Source: an uncultured Phycisphaerales bacterium (lineage in GTDB: Bacteria > Planctomycetota > Phycisphaerae > Tepidisphaerales > Tepidisphaeraceae). From it: 64,000 bases of DNA. The DNA is taken from positions 1,888,001 through 1,952,000 of the forward strand of contig CAVWLP010000002.1 in the NCBI GenBank assembly GCA_963755915.1. The letters are read 5' to 3'. The notes beneath the pieces are model-generated. The model made no database searches and was not told where the DNA came from. It was given only the letters and a program-made list of their open reading frames with translations. Both the position numbers and the translations under genes were made by a program. Each line of letters starts with the position of its first letter. Positions within the stretch are counted from its first letter, which is position 1. Positions 42,780-53,519 of this stretch are shown here, in pieces.

Positions 42780-44993
42780 TTACCGCGCATCAAATCTCCT
42801 CAAATCCTCCGGCAAAATCTTATCGTTCATCTCTTCGGGGATCTGCCCAGTCGGAAACATAATCGCCAGGCGGTAGTCCTCGTAGGCGAGATCGATTCGC
42901 CCGGCCGGATCACACCACACCCGGCGGATGTCGGCGAAGGGGGGAAGGTGATTGGAGAATGTTGCATCAATGGAAAGAGGAGGGTCCTCCGAGAGGGCAA
43001 GTCGAAGCCGGGTGATCCGGCCGGTGCAGTTGAAGAGAAAGAGATGGCCATGATTGTCGGAGACGAGCTGCGCGTCTTCGCCAGGCGCGCCGGCGGCTTC
43101 ATCCGGGAGATTCCAGACGATGTTTTTGCCCGGCGAGGTTTTAGTGGCAGGCGTCTGGATGGTGATGGTGATGTGCCCGTCGAAATACTGGTTGCCGGCG
43201 GCATCCGTGCAGAGGGGGGCGGGCTGGGTGGTCGGCGGTGGGAGATCGGTGACGACGGTTTGGGATTTTTCCAGGGGTTGCCAGTCGTGGTCGTTGACGA
43301 GCCAGCGGGAGTTGCCGCGGGTGAGGGCGGGCCAATCGGTTTTGGTCCAGCCGGAGCTATTGGCGGTGTCGATGAACCAGACGGCCAAGCCCGGAGCCGG
43401 GTCGGGGACGGTGGGGTCGAGGATGAGGGTGCGGTTGGTGGAGTCATCCGTGAAGAGCCAGCGTCCGCGGCTATCGATGGCCCGCAGGCGGGTGAAATCG
43501 CGCTCGGAGAGGCGAAGCAAGGGGTCGAGAGAATCCGGCGGCAGATATCGGCAGGGGCCGTAATCGGGGTTGCTGACGACCAGCTCGTCCGCCCAGGCGC
43601 TGATGATTCCCGATGCGTTGGCGAGACGATCGACGATGACCGGGGCAAGTTCCTCCGGCGGTTTGCCGGGCTGGAGGATGAGATAATCGGGGGTGACGAC
43701 GCGTGGCGTAGCGCCTTCTTCGGGGATGGTGACACCCTGCGGGGCGGTGAAGATCATGCCGCCGTCTTTCAGGCGGGTGTTGAGGGTGAGCTGGTTGCCG
43801 TTGATGGTCATGCCGCCCAAGGTGGTGCCCTGGAGAAGCTCGTGGATTCTGGCCTGGGCTTCGGGTGGGGCGTCGGAGACGAGCTTCTGGAGGATGGGAT
43901 TTATTTTCGGGCCGAACTGAGAGAGTTGCTTGTAGGCGGCGGCGCGTTTGTCGGGGTCGTCGTCGCCGAGCTGGTCGACGAGATCGGAGACGGCTTTTTC
44001 GTCGATGTCGGGGGTGTCGAGGGTGACAAAGGAGAGGGCATCGGGGCCGTCAGTCCGGCGGATTTCCAGGACGCTGCCGTCGAGATGGGGGACGAGGTAG
44101 ATGATGTCGCCGGGCCAGGAGGCGGGGTCGAGCTGTGTCCAGGCGCCGTTGAGGTATCGGGCGACGCGCGTGGAGGAGAATTTATCGTCGGCAGGAATCC
44201 AGGCGAGGATGCCGCGGGTGTCGAAGAGAACGTCTGGGGGTTGGGAGGGGCGCGTGGTGGAGGTGGGGTCTACGAGGGGGAAATAGTCTTCGGTGATTGG
44301 CGAACTTCTCGTGGTCGCGCCGTTGGCGCGGAGGAATGGGTCCTGCCTGGCAGGGGCGGGGGAAAGAGCGGAAGAGGCGATGGTGAGGATACTGACGCCG
44401 TTGTCGGTGGGGACGATGAGGCGGAGGTTGGTGCCATCCTGCCAGGTTTGGGCGAGGTCCCAATGGTAGTTGCGATGCCAGGGGATGGGAGTGGTGGATT
44501 GGGCGGAGACGATTTCAAAGCCGGAGGAATTTTTGCAGACGGCGGAGGGTTGCCAGGCGCCGTGGGAATCGAGGGACCAGATGACGTAGAAGATGGGGCG
44601 ATCGACGAGGTGCTCGCTTTCGCCGCCGGCGCGGGCGAGAACGGTGGGAAGGGGGTCGGCTTTTTTGGAGGCTATCCAGAGATCGCCGCGGGTGCAGACA
44701 AAGAGGGGTTCGGTGAGGAGGATGTGGGCGGCGTCGTTGAGATCGACGGGCGTGCCCCACGGGCGCGTGTCGGGATAGTTATGGAAGTCGGCGTGGAGAA
44801 GCTGGCCGTAGGTTTGGAGATTGGGGGCGGGAGCGGTGGTGGCGATGGATTGGGTGGTGGCCGGGAGGGTTTGGGCGACCGCGGGTTTGGGGGGTGGCGG
44901 CGGTGGGGCTTGTTGGGTGCCGAAGAAATAGAGGACGGCGCCGCCGACGATGATGGCGAGGAGGAGGGTGATGAGGAGGCGCGGGGGGGTCAT
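42780..44993 (-). CDS. Membrane-anchored hypothetical protein
   Basis: N-terminal TM helix, Pro/Thr linkers, a short HEAT-like segment (LVDQLGDDDPDKRAAAYKQL), and host-like codon bias on this strand. Confidence 0.75.
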   Translation of the reverse strand: MTPPRLLITLLLAIIVGGAVLYFFGTQQAPPPPPPKPAVAQTLPATTQSIATTAPAPNLQTYGQLLHADFHNYPDTRPWGTPVDLNDAAHILLTEPLFVCTRGDLWIASKKADPLPTVLARAGGESEHLVDRPIFYVIWSLDSHGAWQPSAVCKNSSGFEIVSAQSTTPIPWHRNYHWDLAQTWQDGTNLRLIVPTDNGVSILTIASSALSPAPARQDPFLRANGATTRSSPITEDYFPLVDPTSTTRPSQPPDVLFDTRGILAWIPADDKFSSTRVARYLNGAWTQLDPASWPGDIIYLVPHLDGSVLEIRRTDGPDALSFVTLDTPDIDEKAVSDLVDQLGDDDPDKRAAAYKQLSQFGPKINPILQKLVSDAPPEAQARIHELLQGTTLGGMTINGNQLTLNTRLKDGGMIFTAPQGVTIPEEGATPRVVTPDYLILQPGKPPEELAPVIVDRLANASGIISAWADELVVSNPDYGPCRYLPPDSLDPLLRLSERDFTRLRAIDSRGRWLFTDDSTNRTLILDPTVPDPAPGLAVWFIDTANSSGWTKTDWPALTRGNSRWLVNDHDWQPLEKSQTVVTDLPPPTTQPAPLCTDAAGNQYFDGHITITIQTPATKTSPGKNIVWNLPDEAAGAPGEDAQLVSDNHGHLFLFNCTGRITRLRLALSEDPPLSIDATFSNHLPPFADIRRVWCDPAGRIDLAYEDYRLAIMFPTGQIPEEMNDKILPEDLRRFDAR

Positions 44994-45007
44994 GGCAGAT
45001 TATGGTA

Positions 45008-45108
45008 AATGGCGATTGCCGATTGCCAAATGCCAATTGCCGAATGAAATCCCAGTCTGTCGGCGTCTTCTGTCTTCATTCGGCATTTGGCAATCGGCAT
45101 TCGGCATT
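45008..45108. repeat. Heptamer-repeat palindrome, same subfamily as 27562-27690
   Basis: GATTGCCGATTGCCAAATGCCAATTGCCGAATGAA ... TTCATTCGGCATTTGGCAATCGGCATTCGGCATT. Confidence 0.88.
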
Positions 45109-45221
45109 AGTCATGACGGAATGGAAGGCTCTCGATTGAACAAGAATTGTCACCAATCCCAACCGATTCTCCTATTGAATTGCCGGTGCGGGGGCAGGAT
45201 ATTGTCCTTTCCGGAGAAATC

Positions 45222-46535
45222 ATGAGCAATCAATCTATCCCACGGCAGAAATTGGCGGAAACGGTGTCGGCGGCCCTGAGCAGCCAGAGCATCGTGGACA
45301 TGCATACGCATCTTTATCCCCCGACGTTTGGCACACCGGTGCCGAATGCGACGGGGAAGACCGACCCGGCAGGGCTGATGCTCTGGGGCGTGGATGAGTT
45401 GGTGACGTATCACTATCTGGTGGCCGAGGTCTATCGCGTGGTGCCGGCGACGAAGCTGCCGTACGAGCAGTTCTGGAAGATGAGCAAGCAGCAGCAGGCG
45501 GACCATATCTGGAAGCACCTGTTTGTGGAGAACACGCCGGTGAGCGAGGCTTGCCGGGGGGTGCTGACGACGCTCCAGCTTCTGGGGCTGGATCCGAACG
45601 AAAAATCGCTGGATGCCTATCGCCCGTTTTTCGCAAAGCAGGATCCGGGCAAATATATCGATAAGGTGATGGAGCTTTCGAATGTCTCGTCGATCACCAT
45701 GACCAATCCGGTCTTTGACGACAACGAGCGCGAGCGCTGGCTGAAGGGAATCCCGGCGGATTCGCGGTTCAAGGGCGTGCTGCGGATCGACCCGCTGCTT
45801 CGCGCCTGGCCGACGGCGGCGAAGAAGATGGCGGGGTGGGGATATAAGGTTTCGGAGGAGATTTCATCTTTGACCATCGAGGAGATTCAGCGGCTGCTGC
45901 GGGAGTGGATCGATCGTCAGAAGGCGATTTACCTGGCGGTGAGCCTGCCGCCGGATTTCAGATATCCGGCCGGCAATGATCCGGTTGAGAAGGCCGGCCA
46001 GACGGTTCTGGAGAAGGCGGTGCTGCCGGTGTGCGCAGAGCGCGGGTTGCCGTTTGCGATGATGATTGGGTCGAGGATGCGTGTGAATCCAGGGCTGCGG
46101 GATGCGGGAGATATGTGCGGGAAATCGGATATTCTTTCCGTGGTGAATCTGTGCCGGGAATTTCCCAAGAATAAATTCTTCCTGACGATGCTGGCCCGCG
46201 AGAACCAGCATGAGGTGTGCGTCGCGGCCAGAAAGTTCGGCAACCTGATGGTTTTCGGATGCTGGTGGTTCGTCAATAATCCGAGCCTGATCGAGGAAAT
46301 CGAGCGGATGCGGATGGAGCTTCTGGGGACCAGCTTTATTCCGCAGCATTCCGATGCGCGGGTGCTGGATCAGTTGGTTTATAAATGGACCCACAGCCGG
46401 CGGATTTTGGCGAAGGTTTTGACGGATAAATATAGCGATCTTTCGGAGACCGGCCGGCGGGTGACGGCGGAGGACATCCAGCGCGACGTTCGGCTCATGC
46501 TCAAGGACAATTTCGTAAATTTTCTGAGCCGCTGA
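45222..46535 (+). CDS. uxaC: Glucuronate (uronate) isomerase, divergent type
   Basis: DMHTHL metal site, ELVTYHYL, GCWWF and PQHSDARVLDQL. Confidence 0.8.
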   Translation: MSNQSIPRQKLAETVSAALSSQSIVDMHTHLYPPTFGTPVPNATGKTDPAGLMLWGVDELVTYHYLVAEVYRVVPATKLPYEQFWKMSKQQQADHIWKHLFVENTPVSEACRGVLTTLQLLGLDPNEKSLDAYRPFFAKQDPGKYIDKVMELSNVSSITMTNPVFDDNERERWLKGIPADSRFKGVLRIDPLLRAWPTAAKKMAGWGYKVSEEISSLTIEEIQRLLREWIDRQKAIYLAVSLPPDFRYPAGNDPVEKAGQTVLEKAVLPVCAERGLPFAMMIGSRMRVNPGLRDAGDMCGKSDILSVVNLCREFPKNKFFLTMLARENQHEVCVAARKFGNLMVFGCWWFVNNPSLIEEIERMRMELLGTSFIPQHSDARVLDQLVYKWTHSRRILAKVLTDKYSDLSETGRRVTAEDIQRDVRLMLKDNFVNFLSR

Positions 46536-46580
46536 GGCGGGGCTTTTGACGTTTGCCCGCTGGTGTTCTACCCTTCGGGC

Positions 46581-47915
46581 ATGACGAAATTCAAAGATGT
46601 AAAAGTCCCGTCTGAGGGTCAAACGATTTCGATTTCCGGGGGCAAGCTCCAGGTGCCGGACCGGCCCGTTATCCCGTTTATTGAGGGGGATGGCACGGGC
46701 CCGGACATCTGGCGGGCGAGCCAGCGCGTCTTCGATGCGGCGGTGGAAAAATCGTACGGCGGGAAGAAGAAGATCGCGTGGATGGAAGTCTTTGCCGGGG
46801 AGAAAAGTTTCAAGCAGTTCAACAACTGGCTGCCGGACGACACGGTGGCGGCGTTCAGGGAATTTCTGGTGGGGATCAAGGGGCCGCTGACGACGCCGGT
46901 GGGCGGGGGGATTCGGTCGCTGAACGTGGCGCTGCGGCAGATGCTGGATCTTTATGTATGTCTGCGTCCGGTGCGGTATTTTAAGGGCGTCCCTTCGCCG
47001 GTGAAGAAGCCGGAGAAGGTGGATATGGTGATCTTCCGCGAGAATACGGAAGACATTTACGCGGGAATCGAATACCAGGCGGGATCGCCCGAGGCGAAGA
47101 AGATCCTCGATTTTTTTGAGAAGGAATTTCCGAAGGAATTTAAGAAGATTCGCTTCGGCATGCAGGCGGCGCTGAACGATTGGCAGGCGGCGCTGGAAAA
47201 GATCGGGGCTCCGAAGCGCGAGCTGCCGATCCAGATGGGCCTTGGACTGAAGCCGGTTTCGTATGCTGGAACGGAGCGGTTGGTGTACACGGCTATTGGG
47301 TACGCGATTAAGCACAAGCGCAAGTCGGTGACGCTGGTCCACAAGGGGAACATCATGAAGTTCACCGAGGGGGCTTTTCGGGACTGGGGGTACAAGGTCG
47401 CCAAGGATTTTTACGGGGCGGTGGAAATCGACGGCGGGCCGTGGTGCAAGATTCCTGATGGGAAGCCGGGGGCGGGGCTGGTGATCAAGGACGCGATTGC
47501 GGATATCACGCTTCAGCAGGTGCTGACCCGGCCGGAGGATTTTGATGTCATCGCCACGCTGAACCTGAACGGCGATTATCTTTCGGATGCTTTAGCGGCA
47601 CAGGTTGGCGGGATCGGGATCGCTCCGGGCGGAAATATCAATTACGTCACTGGTCACGCGGTCTTCGAGGCGACACATGGAACCGCCCCAAAATATGCCA
47701 ACCAGGACGTCGTAAACCCCGGCAGCGTCGTTCTCTCCGGCGTGATGATGCTGGAATACATGGGTTGGCAGGAGGCGGCGGACCGGATCCTTCGCGGGCT
47801 GGAGAAAGCGATTGCCGCCAAGACCGTGACGTATGATTTCGCCCGGCAGATGGAGGGGGCGAAGCAGATTAAGTGCGGCGAGTTTGGGTCGGCGATTATT
47901 GCTAACATGGATTGA
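46581..47915 (+). CDS. icd: NADP-dependent isocitrate dehydrogenase
   Basis: [52 protein letters not shown] and EATHGTAP. Confidence 0.97.
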   Translation: MTKFKDVKVPSEGQTISISGGKLQVPDRPVIPFIEGDGTGPDIWRASQRVFDAAVEKSYGGKKKIAWMEVFAGEKSFKQFNNWLPDDTVAAFREFLVGIKGPLTTPVGGGIRSLNVALRQMLDLYVCLRPVRYFKGVPSPVKKPEKVDMVIFRENTEDIYAGIEYQAGSPEAKKILDFFEKEFPKEFKKIRFGMQAALNDWQAALEKIGAPKRELPIQMGLGLKPVSYAGTERLVYTAIGYAIKHKRKSVTLVHKGNIMKFTEGAFRDWGYKVAKDFYGAVEIDGGPWCKIPDGKPGAGLVIKDAIADITLQQVLTRPEDFDVIATLNLNGDYLSDALAAQVGGIGIAPGGNINYVTGHAVFEATHGTAPKYANQDVVNPGSVVLSGVMMLEYMGWQEAADRILRGLEKAIAAKTVTYDFARQMEGAKQIKCGEFGSAIIANMD

Positions 47916-48194
47916 ACAATTTTTGGCTTCCAAAGACGGGGCAAGCGGACGACTCGATGAGCCTTAAAGGGTGGTCCAATAAACGTGCCCGACCGAAGTC
48001 TTGATAGCCCGTCACCCTTTATCCGTTGCGGCCGCTTAGTTCGTCCGAAAAATCTGGCGGCCAGGGGCATTCAATACCCGAATAAACCTTGACACCCCGT
48101 GAAAATCGGCCTAATTTTTAGGGTGACCGGGGGTTTGGTGCGTCCGGCACGCGGGGTGAGCGGCCTCGACGTGTGGTATTCTGTAAAGTTGGCT

Positions 48195-49497
48195 ATGTCA
48201 CGCGTGCCAAATCCAAACCCGGGCTCCGGTGACAAAGGCGCTTTAGCTTCGTCCAGCTTCGATACCGAAATCGGCAAGTTCGCCGTCGACATGGGCCTCG
48301 TCACCCGCGGCGAAGTCGACTTCTGCCGGGAACAGCAGAAGCAGGCCTCCGATCCCAACCACCGCAGCCTTAGCGATCTCCTCGTAGAAAACAGTTTTCT
48401 CACCAACAACCAGGCCAAGCGTCTCCGCCAGGTGGTGGTCGACGGGAAGTCGAGCCGAATCCCGGGATATGAACTGATGAAACAGGTGGGCAAAGGCGCC
48501 ATGGCCACCGTCTATCGCGCCCGCCAAAACTCCCTCGACCGCATCGTCGCGATCAAAATCCTGCCCAAGAAAATGGGGGACAACCGGGATTTCGTGGAGC
48601 GATTCTATAAGGAAGGAAAAGCCGCCGCCCGGCTCAGTCATAACAACATCGTGCAGGCGATCGACGTGGGTGAGTCTCCCGACGGGGTTCACTATTTCGT
48701 CATGGAATTTGTGGAAGGCAAGACGCTGTACGACCTGATGGCCGCGCCGCCCGCCGGCGAGGGGAAGAGTTTTTCGGAGGCGGAGGTGCTCGACGTTGGG
48801 ATCCAGATGGCCGATGCGCTGGCCCACGCCCATCAGCGCGGGCTCATTCACCGCGACGTGAAGCCGAAGAATATCATTCTTACGCCCAAGGGCGTGGCGA
48901 AGCTGACCGATCTGGGTCTGGCGCGCCAGGTGGACGACAAGCAAGCCGCCGAGATGGAAGCCGGCAAAGCGTACGGCACGCCGTATTACATCAGCCCGGA
49001 GCAGATTCGCGGCGACGTGGACATCGATTTCCGGGCGGATATTTATTCTCTGGGGGCGACGCTTTACCACCTGGCCACGGGCCGGCCGCCGTTTGAGGGG
49101 GATACGCCATCGAACGTGATGCACCAGCATCTCAAGCAGCCGCTAGTGCCGGCGGATCATATCAACACGGCGCTTTCCGCCGGGGTGGGAGAGATTATCG
49201 ACGTCGCCATGGCCAAGCGCCGCGAGGACCGGTATCAATCGACGGAGCAGATGCTGGAAGACCTGCGGCTGGTGGCCAAGAACGAAGCCGCCGAGATATG
49301 CCCGCCGCGCCGTCGATCTGGAATCGCTGGCGAAGATTGAAGAGACGGGCAAGACCGTCGATCTGGTTCCCTCTCCGGGGCCGACGCCGGAAGGCGGTTG
49401 GCGCTCGCCGTCGGGAATGATGCTCGCCTGGGCCGCGGGGGCGGAATTATTTGTCATCCTCATCCTTGTTATTTTGCTGATTCTATTGCACAAATAG
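48195..49497 (+). CDS. Hanks-type Ser/Thr protein kinase with C-terminal TM helix, frameshift near 49287
   Basis: GKGAMATVY, VAIKIL, HRDVKPKN, DLGLA and GTPYYISPEQ. The shifted frame ends in a hydrophobic helix and TAG at 49495-49497. Confidence 0.92.
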
Positions 49498-49500
49498 CCC

Positions 49501-50383
49501 ATGCCTGATCGGCTTGGCTTTATTGGGATGGGGATCATGGGCGGCGCTATGGCGTCGCGCCTGCTCGAAGCGCAGCTATCCGCTGACCATTCATTCGCGC
49601 ACGAAGGCGAAGGCGTCGCGCCTTATTGCCCGCGGGGCGAAGTTCGTCGAATCTCCTGCGCTGGTGGCATCTGATAGCGATATCGTTTTCATCTGCGTGA
49701 CGGATACGCCGGACGTGGAAGCCGTCGTGTGCGGCAGCGATGGGCTTGCCTCGCGGGCGCGCGGCGGACTGATCGTGGTCGATCACTCCACGATTTCCCC
49801 AAGCTGCACGCGCGAGCTGGCGGAAGAACTCTCGAAGCAGGGGGTGAAAATGCTCGACGCCCCGGTCAGCGGCGGCGACGTGGGGGCGAAAAACGGCACG
49901 CTGTCGATCATGGTGGGCGGGGAGATGGAAGCGTTCAACCGCGTCGAGCCGCTGCTGCGGATCATGGGGACCACCATCACCTACTGCGGCCCCAGCGGTT
50001 GCGGGCAACTCACCAAGCTGGTGAACCAGATCCTTGTGAGCGTGACCAACATGGCGGTCTGCGAAGCGCTGGTCTTTGCCCGCAAGAATGGGCTGGACGT
50101 GGAGAAGACGATCGCCGCCCTCTCCGCCGGTGCGGCGGGATCGTGGCAACTCTCAAACCTGGGCCCGCGCATGGCGGCGGGAGATATGCGGCCGGGGTTC
50201 ATGATCAATCTTCAGCAGAAGGATTTGCGACTGGTGCTGCGATGTGCGGAGGAGTCGAACACCTCACTGCCGGCGGCGAGCCTGGTACACCAGCTCTTTA
50301 CGGCCGCCCAGGCCGCGGGGCATGGCAGGGATGGGACGCAGGCGCTGTTTACGGTTGTGGAGAAGCTGGCGAGCGTGCATTAG
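49501..50383 (+). CDS. Beta-hydroxyacid dehydrogenase (3-hydroxyisobutyrate/tartronate semialdehyde reductase family), frameshift near 49570
   Basis: MPDRLGFIGMGIMG from ATG 49501, DAPVSGG, KLVNQ and QKDL. Confidence 0.9.
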
Positions 50384-50415
50384 AAGCGGTGCAAAGGACG
50401 CGCGGGTGAGCGATG

Positions 50416-50471
50416 TTGACCCGATGCACGGGGATGACGATAATGTACATGATGGCTATCATAGGCATCAT
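50416..50471 (+). promoter_or_regulatory. TA operon promoter and palindromic operator
   Basis: TTGACC-N17-GATAAT, overlapped by ATGTACAT and the imperfect palindrome ATGATGGCTATCATAGGCATCAT. Confidence 0.6.
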
Positions 50472-50477
50472 GGAAAT

Positions 50478-50735
50478 ATGACCGTCAACATCGTAAAAAT
50501 TCGATCTTATCTTGCGGACACGATCAATCGGGTCGCCTATCAGGGGGAACGGGTTGTCCTTGAGCGGCGGGGCAAGGGCGTGGCGGCGCTGGTTTCCATG
50601 GAAGATCTGGCCTTGCTCGAGAAGATCGAGGAGGAAGCCGATGCCAAGGCGGCCCGGAGAGCGTTGGCGCGGATGAAGGCGAAGAAGGAAAAGCCGATCC
50701 CCTGGGTGAAAGTTAAAGCGGAACTGGGCCTTTGA
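50478..50735 (+). CDS. Phd/YefM-family antitoxin
   Basis: IRSYLADTINRVAYQGERVVLERRGKGVAALVSMED. Confidence 0.88.
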   Translation: MTVNIVKIRSYLADTINRVAYQGERVVLERRGKGVAALVSMEDLALLEKIEEEADAKAARRALARMKAKKEKPIPWVKVKAELGL

Positions 50736-50992
50736 ACGGGCGATGGACTGTATCCGTCCTGCCGCAGGCGGCGGCGCAGCTCAAAAAACTGGACAAGCCC
50801 ATAGCCCGTCGCATCGGCGAAGCGATCACCGCTCTGGGCGAAAATCCGCGTCCGCCTGGCAGCAAAAAGCTCGTGGGAGTCGATGCCTGGCGAATTCGCA
50901 TCGGTGATTGGCGGGTCATATATCAAATTCACGACGACCGGCTGGTAGTGCTTGTCGTCCGAGTCGGCCATCGCCGCGATGTGTACGATTGA
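50732..50992 (+). CDS. RelE/ParE-family toxin
   Basis: NPRPPGSKKL..WRIRIGDWRVIY..VVRVGHRRDVY, with a 4-nt overlap with the antitoxin. Confidence 0.92.
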   Translation: MNGRWTVSVLPQAAAQLKKLDKPIARRIGEAITALGENPRPPGSKKLVGVDAWRIRIGDWRVIYQIHDDRLVVLVVRVGHRRDVYD

Positions 50993-50994
50993 GT

Positions 50995-51840
50995 CTATGC
51001 CGCCGCGAGGACCACAAGTTTCTGGCTCGGCATATCCACTTCGGCAATCCGCTCTTTCGAGAAATTCAGCACCGCCAGTTCCACGTCGCTGAGGAATTTA
51101 GTGAAGAATTGGCGAAGCTGGTCATTCATTTGCAGTGAGCAAATCTGATTGATGCCCGTGCGGACGGCGTTGAATTGGGCGCGAACTCCGCCGTCCGGCC
51201 CGTCGAGGCCCATCGGGTCGTTGCTGAAAATGCCGGAGGCGCGGATGGTTGCGATCCGCAGGCCGACGGCCGCGGCGGCGCTCTCGAATTCGTAGCGGCT
51301 GCGCACCAGCATCCAGTTGGTTCGCATGCTCGTGCGCGGCATATATTCCGTGGTCACGATCCGCCCGCCGGGGGCGAGGTGATTGGCCAGATTCTTCATC
51401 GCCACCGAAAACCGGTCGGGCTCGGGGATGTGGAACAGGACGTTCATCACGTTGATCAGGTCAAACTTGTGCCCGAGGTTGAGCGCCGGATCGGTGAGGT
51501 CGGCAACGCGGAATTCGGTCGTCGTTTTCGCGTGATTGGCGTAACGTCTTTTGAGCAGTTCGATGGAAGCCGAAGTGAAGTCAATGCCGGCGAGAAGGGC
51601 GGGGGAGAAATGGTTGAGGAAGAAACGCGTCCAGCGTCCGGAGCCGCAGCCGACGTCGAGAACCTTGCCGCCGGTGACGGTGATTTTCAGATCGTTCAAA
51701 AGCTGCTGGTAGAGGGGGTAAAGAACGGCATCCTCAACCGCGCTGGAGTAGGCCAGGGCGGCATCGTCGGCGGCTTTTTCGTCGAGCTGCCTCCACGCCT
51801 GCTCGTAGTGGTTGCGAATGTCTTCCTGCATCATGGGCAT
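50995..51840 (-). CDS. Class I SAM-dependent methyltransferase
   Basis: VLDVGCGSG, NVLFHI and HLAPGG. Confidence 0.88.
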   Translation of the reverse strand: MPMMQEDIRNHYEQAWRQLDEKAADDAALAYSSAVEDAVLYPLYQQLLNDLKITVTGGKVLDVGCGSGRWTRFFLNHFSPALLAGIDFTSASIELLKRRYANHAKTTTEFRVADLTDPALNLGHKFDLINVMNVLFHIPEPDRFSVAMKNLANHLAPGGRIVTTEYMPRTSMRTNWMLVRSRYEFESAAAAVGLRIATIRASGIFSNDPMGLDGPDGGVRAQFNAVRTGINQICSLQMNDQLRQFFTKFLSDVELAVLNFSKERIAEVDMPSQKLVVLAAA

Positions 51841-51924
51841 GGCCGCCGCCTTTGTTATTGGACCTTGGGTGTTTTCGGCGTTTTAGGAGGGATTGGGTGA
51901 GTTTTTTGTCGGGTGGCGGCGGCG

Positions 51925-52086
51925 GAAACCAGAAATCGGAAACCAGAATGACGAATCAATTCAGAATGACGAATATCCGAATGAAGTGAGCCTCTCCATT
52001 CAGTCATTCTGGTTTCGGGCTTGATTCCCTTCGGGTCTGAGCCTCAGGGTCGAAGACGGGATTCTGGTTTCTGGTTTCGGACTTCC
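51925..52086. repeat. Heptamer-repeat palindrome (AAACCAG/CTGGTTT type) with nested hairpin at 52028-52057
   Basis: GAAACCAGAAATCGGAAACCAGAATGACGAATCAA ... TTGATTC[CCTTCGGGTCTGAGCCTCAGGGTCGAAGAC]GGGATTCTGGTTTCTGGTTTCGG. Confidence 0.85.
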
Positions 52087-53354
52087 TCACCGCGTGTGCC
52101 CATCTCCGGCGACGACCCACTTATACGTCGTCAGGTCCGCCGCCCCCATCGGCCCTCGGGCGTGCAGTTTGTCCGTGCTGATGCCGATCTCGGCGCCGAG
52201 GCCGTATTCGCCGCCGTCGGCGAAGCGGGTGCTGGCGTTGACCATGATGCTGGCGGAATCGACGTTGGTGATGAAATGGTCGATGGCGGTTTGCGAGTTC
52301 GTCAAAATCGCATCCGTATGATGGCTGCCAAATTCGTTGATGTGAGCGACGGCGGATTCGATGGAATCGACGACTTTGATGGCGATGGTGAGGCTCAGAT
52401 ATTCCAGCGGCCAATCGGATTCTGTCGCGAGTTTTGCTGAGGGAAAGAGCGCGGGTTTGCTCGTCGCCGCGGATTTCCACACCGGCGGCGGCGAGATCCT
52501 GGCAGACTTTGGGCAAAAGCGCGGCAGCGGCGTCTTTGTGGAAGAGGATTTTCTCGACGGCGTTGCAGACGGCGCCGCCGGGGTAGCTGGTCTTGGCGTT
52601 GACGCAGATTTTGCGGACTTGGTCCGCCATTTGTCCGCCGTCGGCGTGGATGTAAATGTGGCAGTTGCCCGTGAAATGCTTGAGAACCGGGATGGTCGAA
52701 TCCGCGACGACAGCGCGGATCAGGCTTTCGCCGCCGCGGGGGATGACCAGGTCGATATATTTGTCGAGCTTCAGCAGCGGGGGAATCAATGCGCGGTCGG
52801 TCGATTCGATCAGTTGGACGGCGGCGGGGTCGATGCCGCTCGATTCGAGAGACTGGGAAATAATTTTCCCGATGGCCAGGTTGGAATGGATCGCTTCCTT
52901 GCCCGCCGCGGAGGATGATGGCGTTGCCGCTTTTGATGCAGAGGGCGGCGGCGTCGCTGGTGACGTTGGGGCGGCTCTCGTAGAAGAATAGCACGACGCC
53001 GAGCGGCACGCGGATTTTGGAGATTCGCAGGCCGTTGGGGCGGACAAAGCCTTCGATGATCTGGCCGATGGGGTCGGTCTGTGCGGCGATCTGCTCAACG
53101 CCCTCGGCCATGGAGGCGAGGCGTTTCTCGTTGAGCTTGAGCCGCTCCACGAGGGCGCTTTGCATCTGCGCCTTCTGCGCCGCCTCGATATCCTTCGCAT
53201 TGGCGGCCAGAAGGGTTTCCTTCGAGGCCCGAAGCGCGGCGGCGATTTTTTTCAGCGCGGCCGATTTAACGCCGTCGCGCAGCGTGGCAAGCTGCGCGGA
53301 GGCTTTTCTGGCGGATTTGCCGAGGGTTTGGATGTATTCGGTCGTGTCCTGCAT
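52087..53354 (-). CDS. proA: Gamma-glutamyl phosphate reductase, frameshifts near 52902 and 52445
   Basis: [37 protein letters not shown] and [14 protein letters not shown] across three overlapping ORFs. Confidence 0.93.
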
Positions 53355-53396
53355 TTCTCCTGCATTTTAGCCTCAATGATCGCTCAGAAGAAGTTG

Positions 53397-53484
53397 AACC
53401 CCCAAGACGCTAAGAGCACAAGAAAATGGGCAATCCTTGCGATTTCTTTGTATTCCTTGGCGCTCTTGGCGCCTTGGCGGTAAA
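53397..53484. repeat. 9-mer palindromic element (CCAAGACGCTAAG ... CTTGGCGCCTTGG)
   Basis: AACCCCCAAGACGCTAAGAGCACAAG ... CTTGGCGCTCTTGGCGCCTTGGCGGT. Related half-elements at 20346, 26286 and 33621. Confidence 0.8.
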
Positions 53485-53519
53485 TCTGAATTTGAATGTC
53501 GGACGTATAATGTGGGGAA

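Noticed and set aside
42450..45008. 852-aa plus-strand ORF
   Set aside because: Antisense shadow of the minus-strand gene 42780-44993, rich in G/V/D/E as expected from high-GC codon bias, with no recognisable motifs.
47150..47235. Roughly 20-aa insertion in Icd ([24 protein letters not shown]) as an intein or mobile insert
   Set aside because: Too short and has no splicing residues. It sits in a variable region of the enzyme.
50478..50992. Phd-RelE pair as a novel system
   Set aside because: Ordinary type II toxin-antitoxin module.
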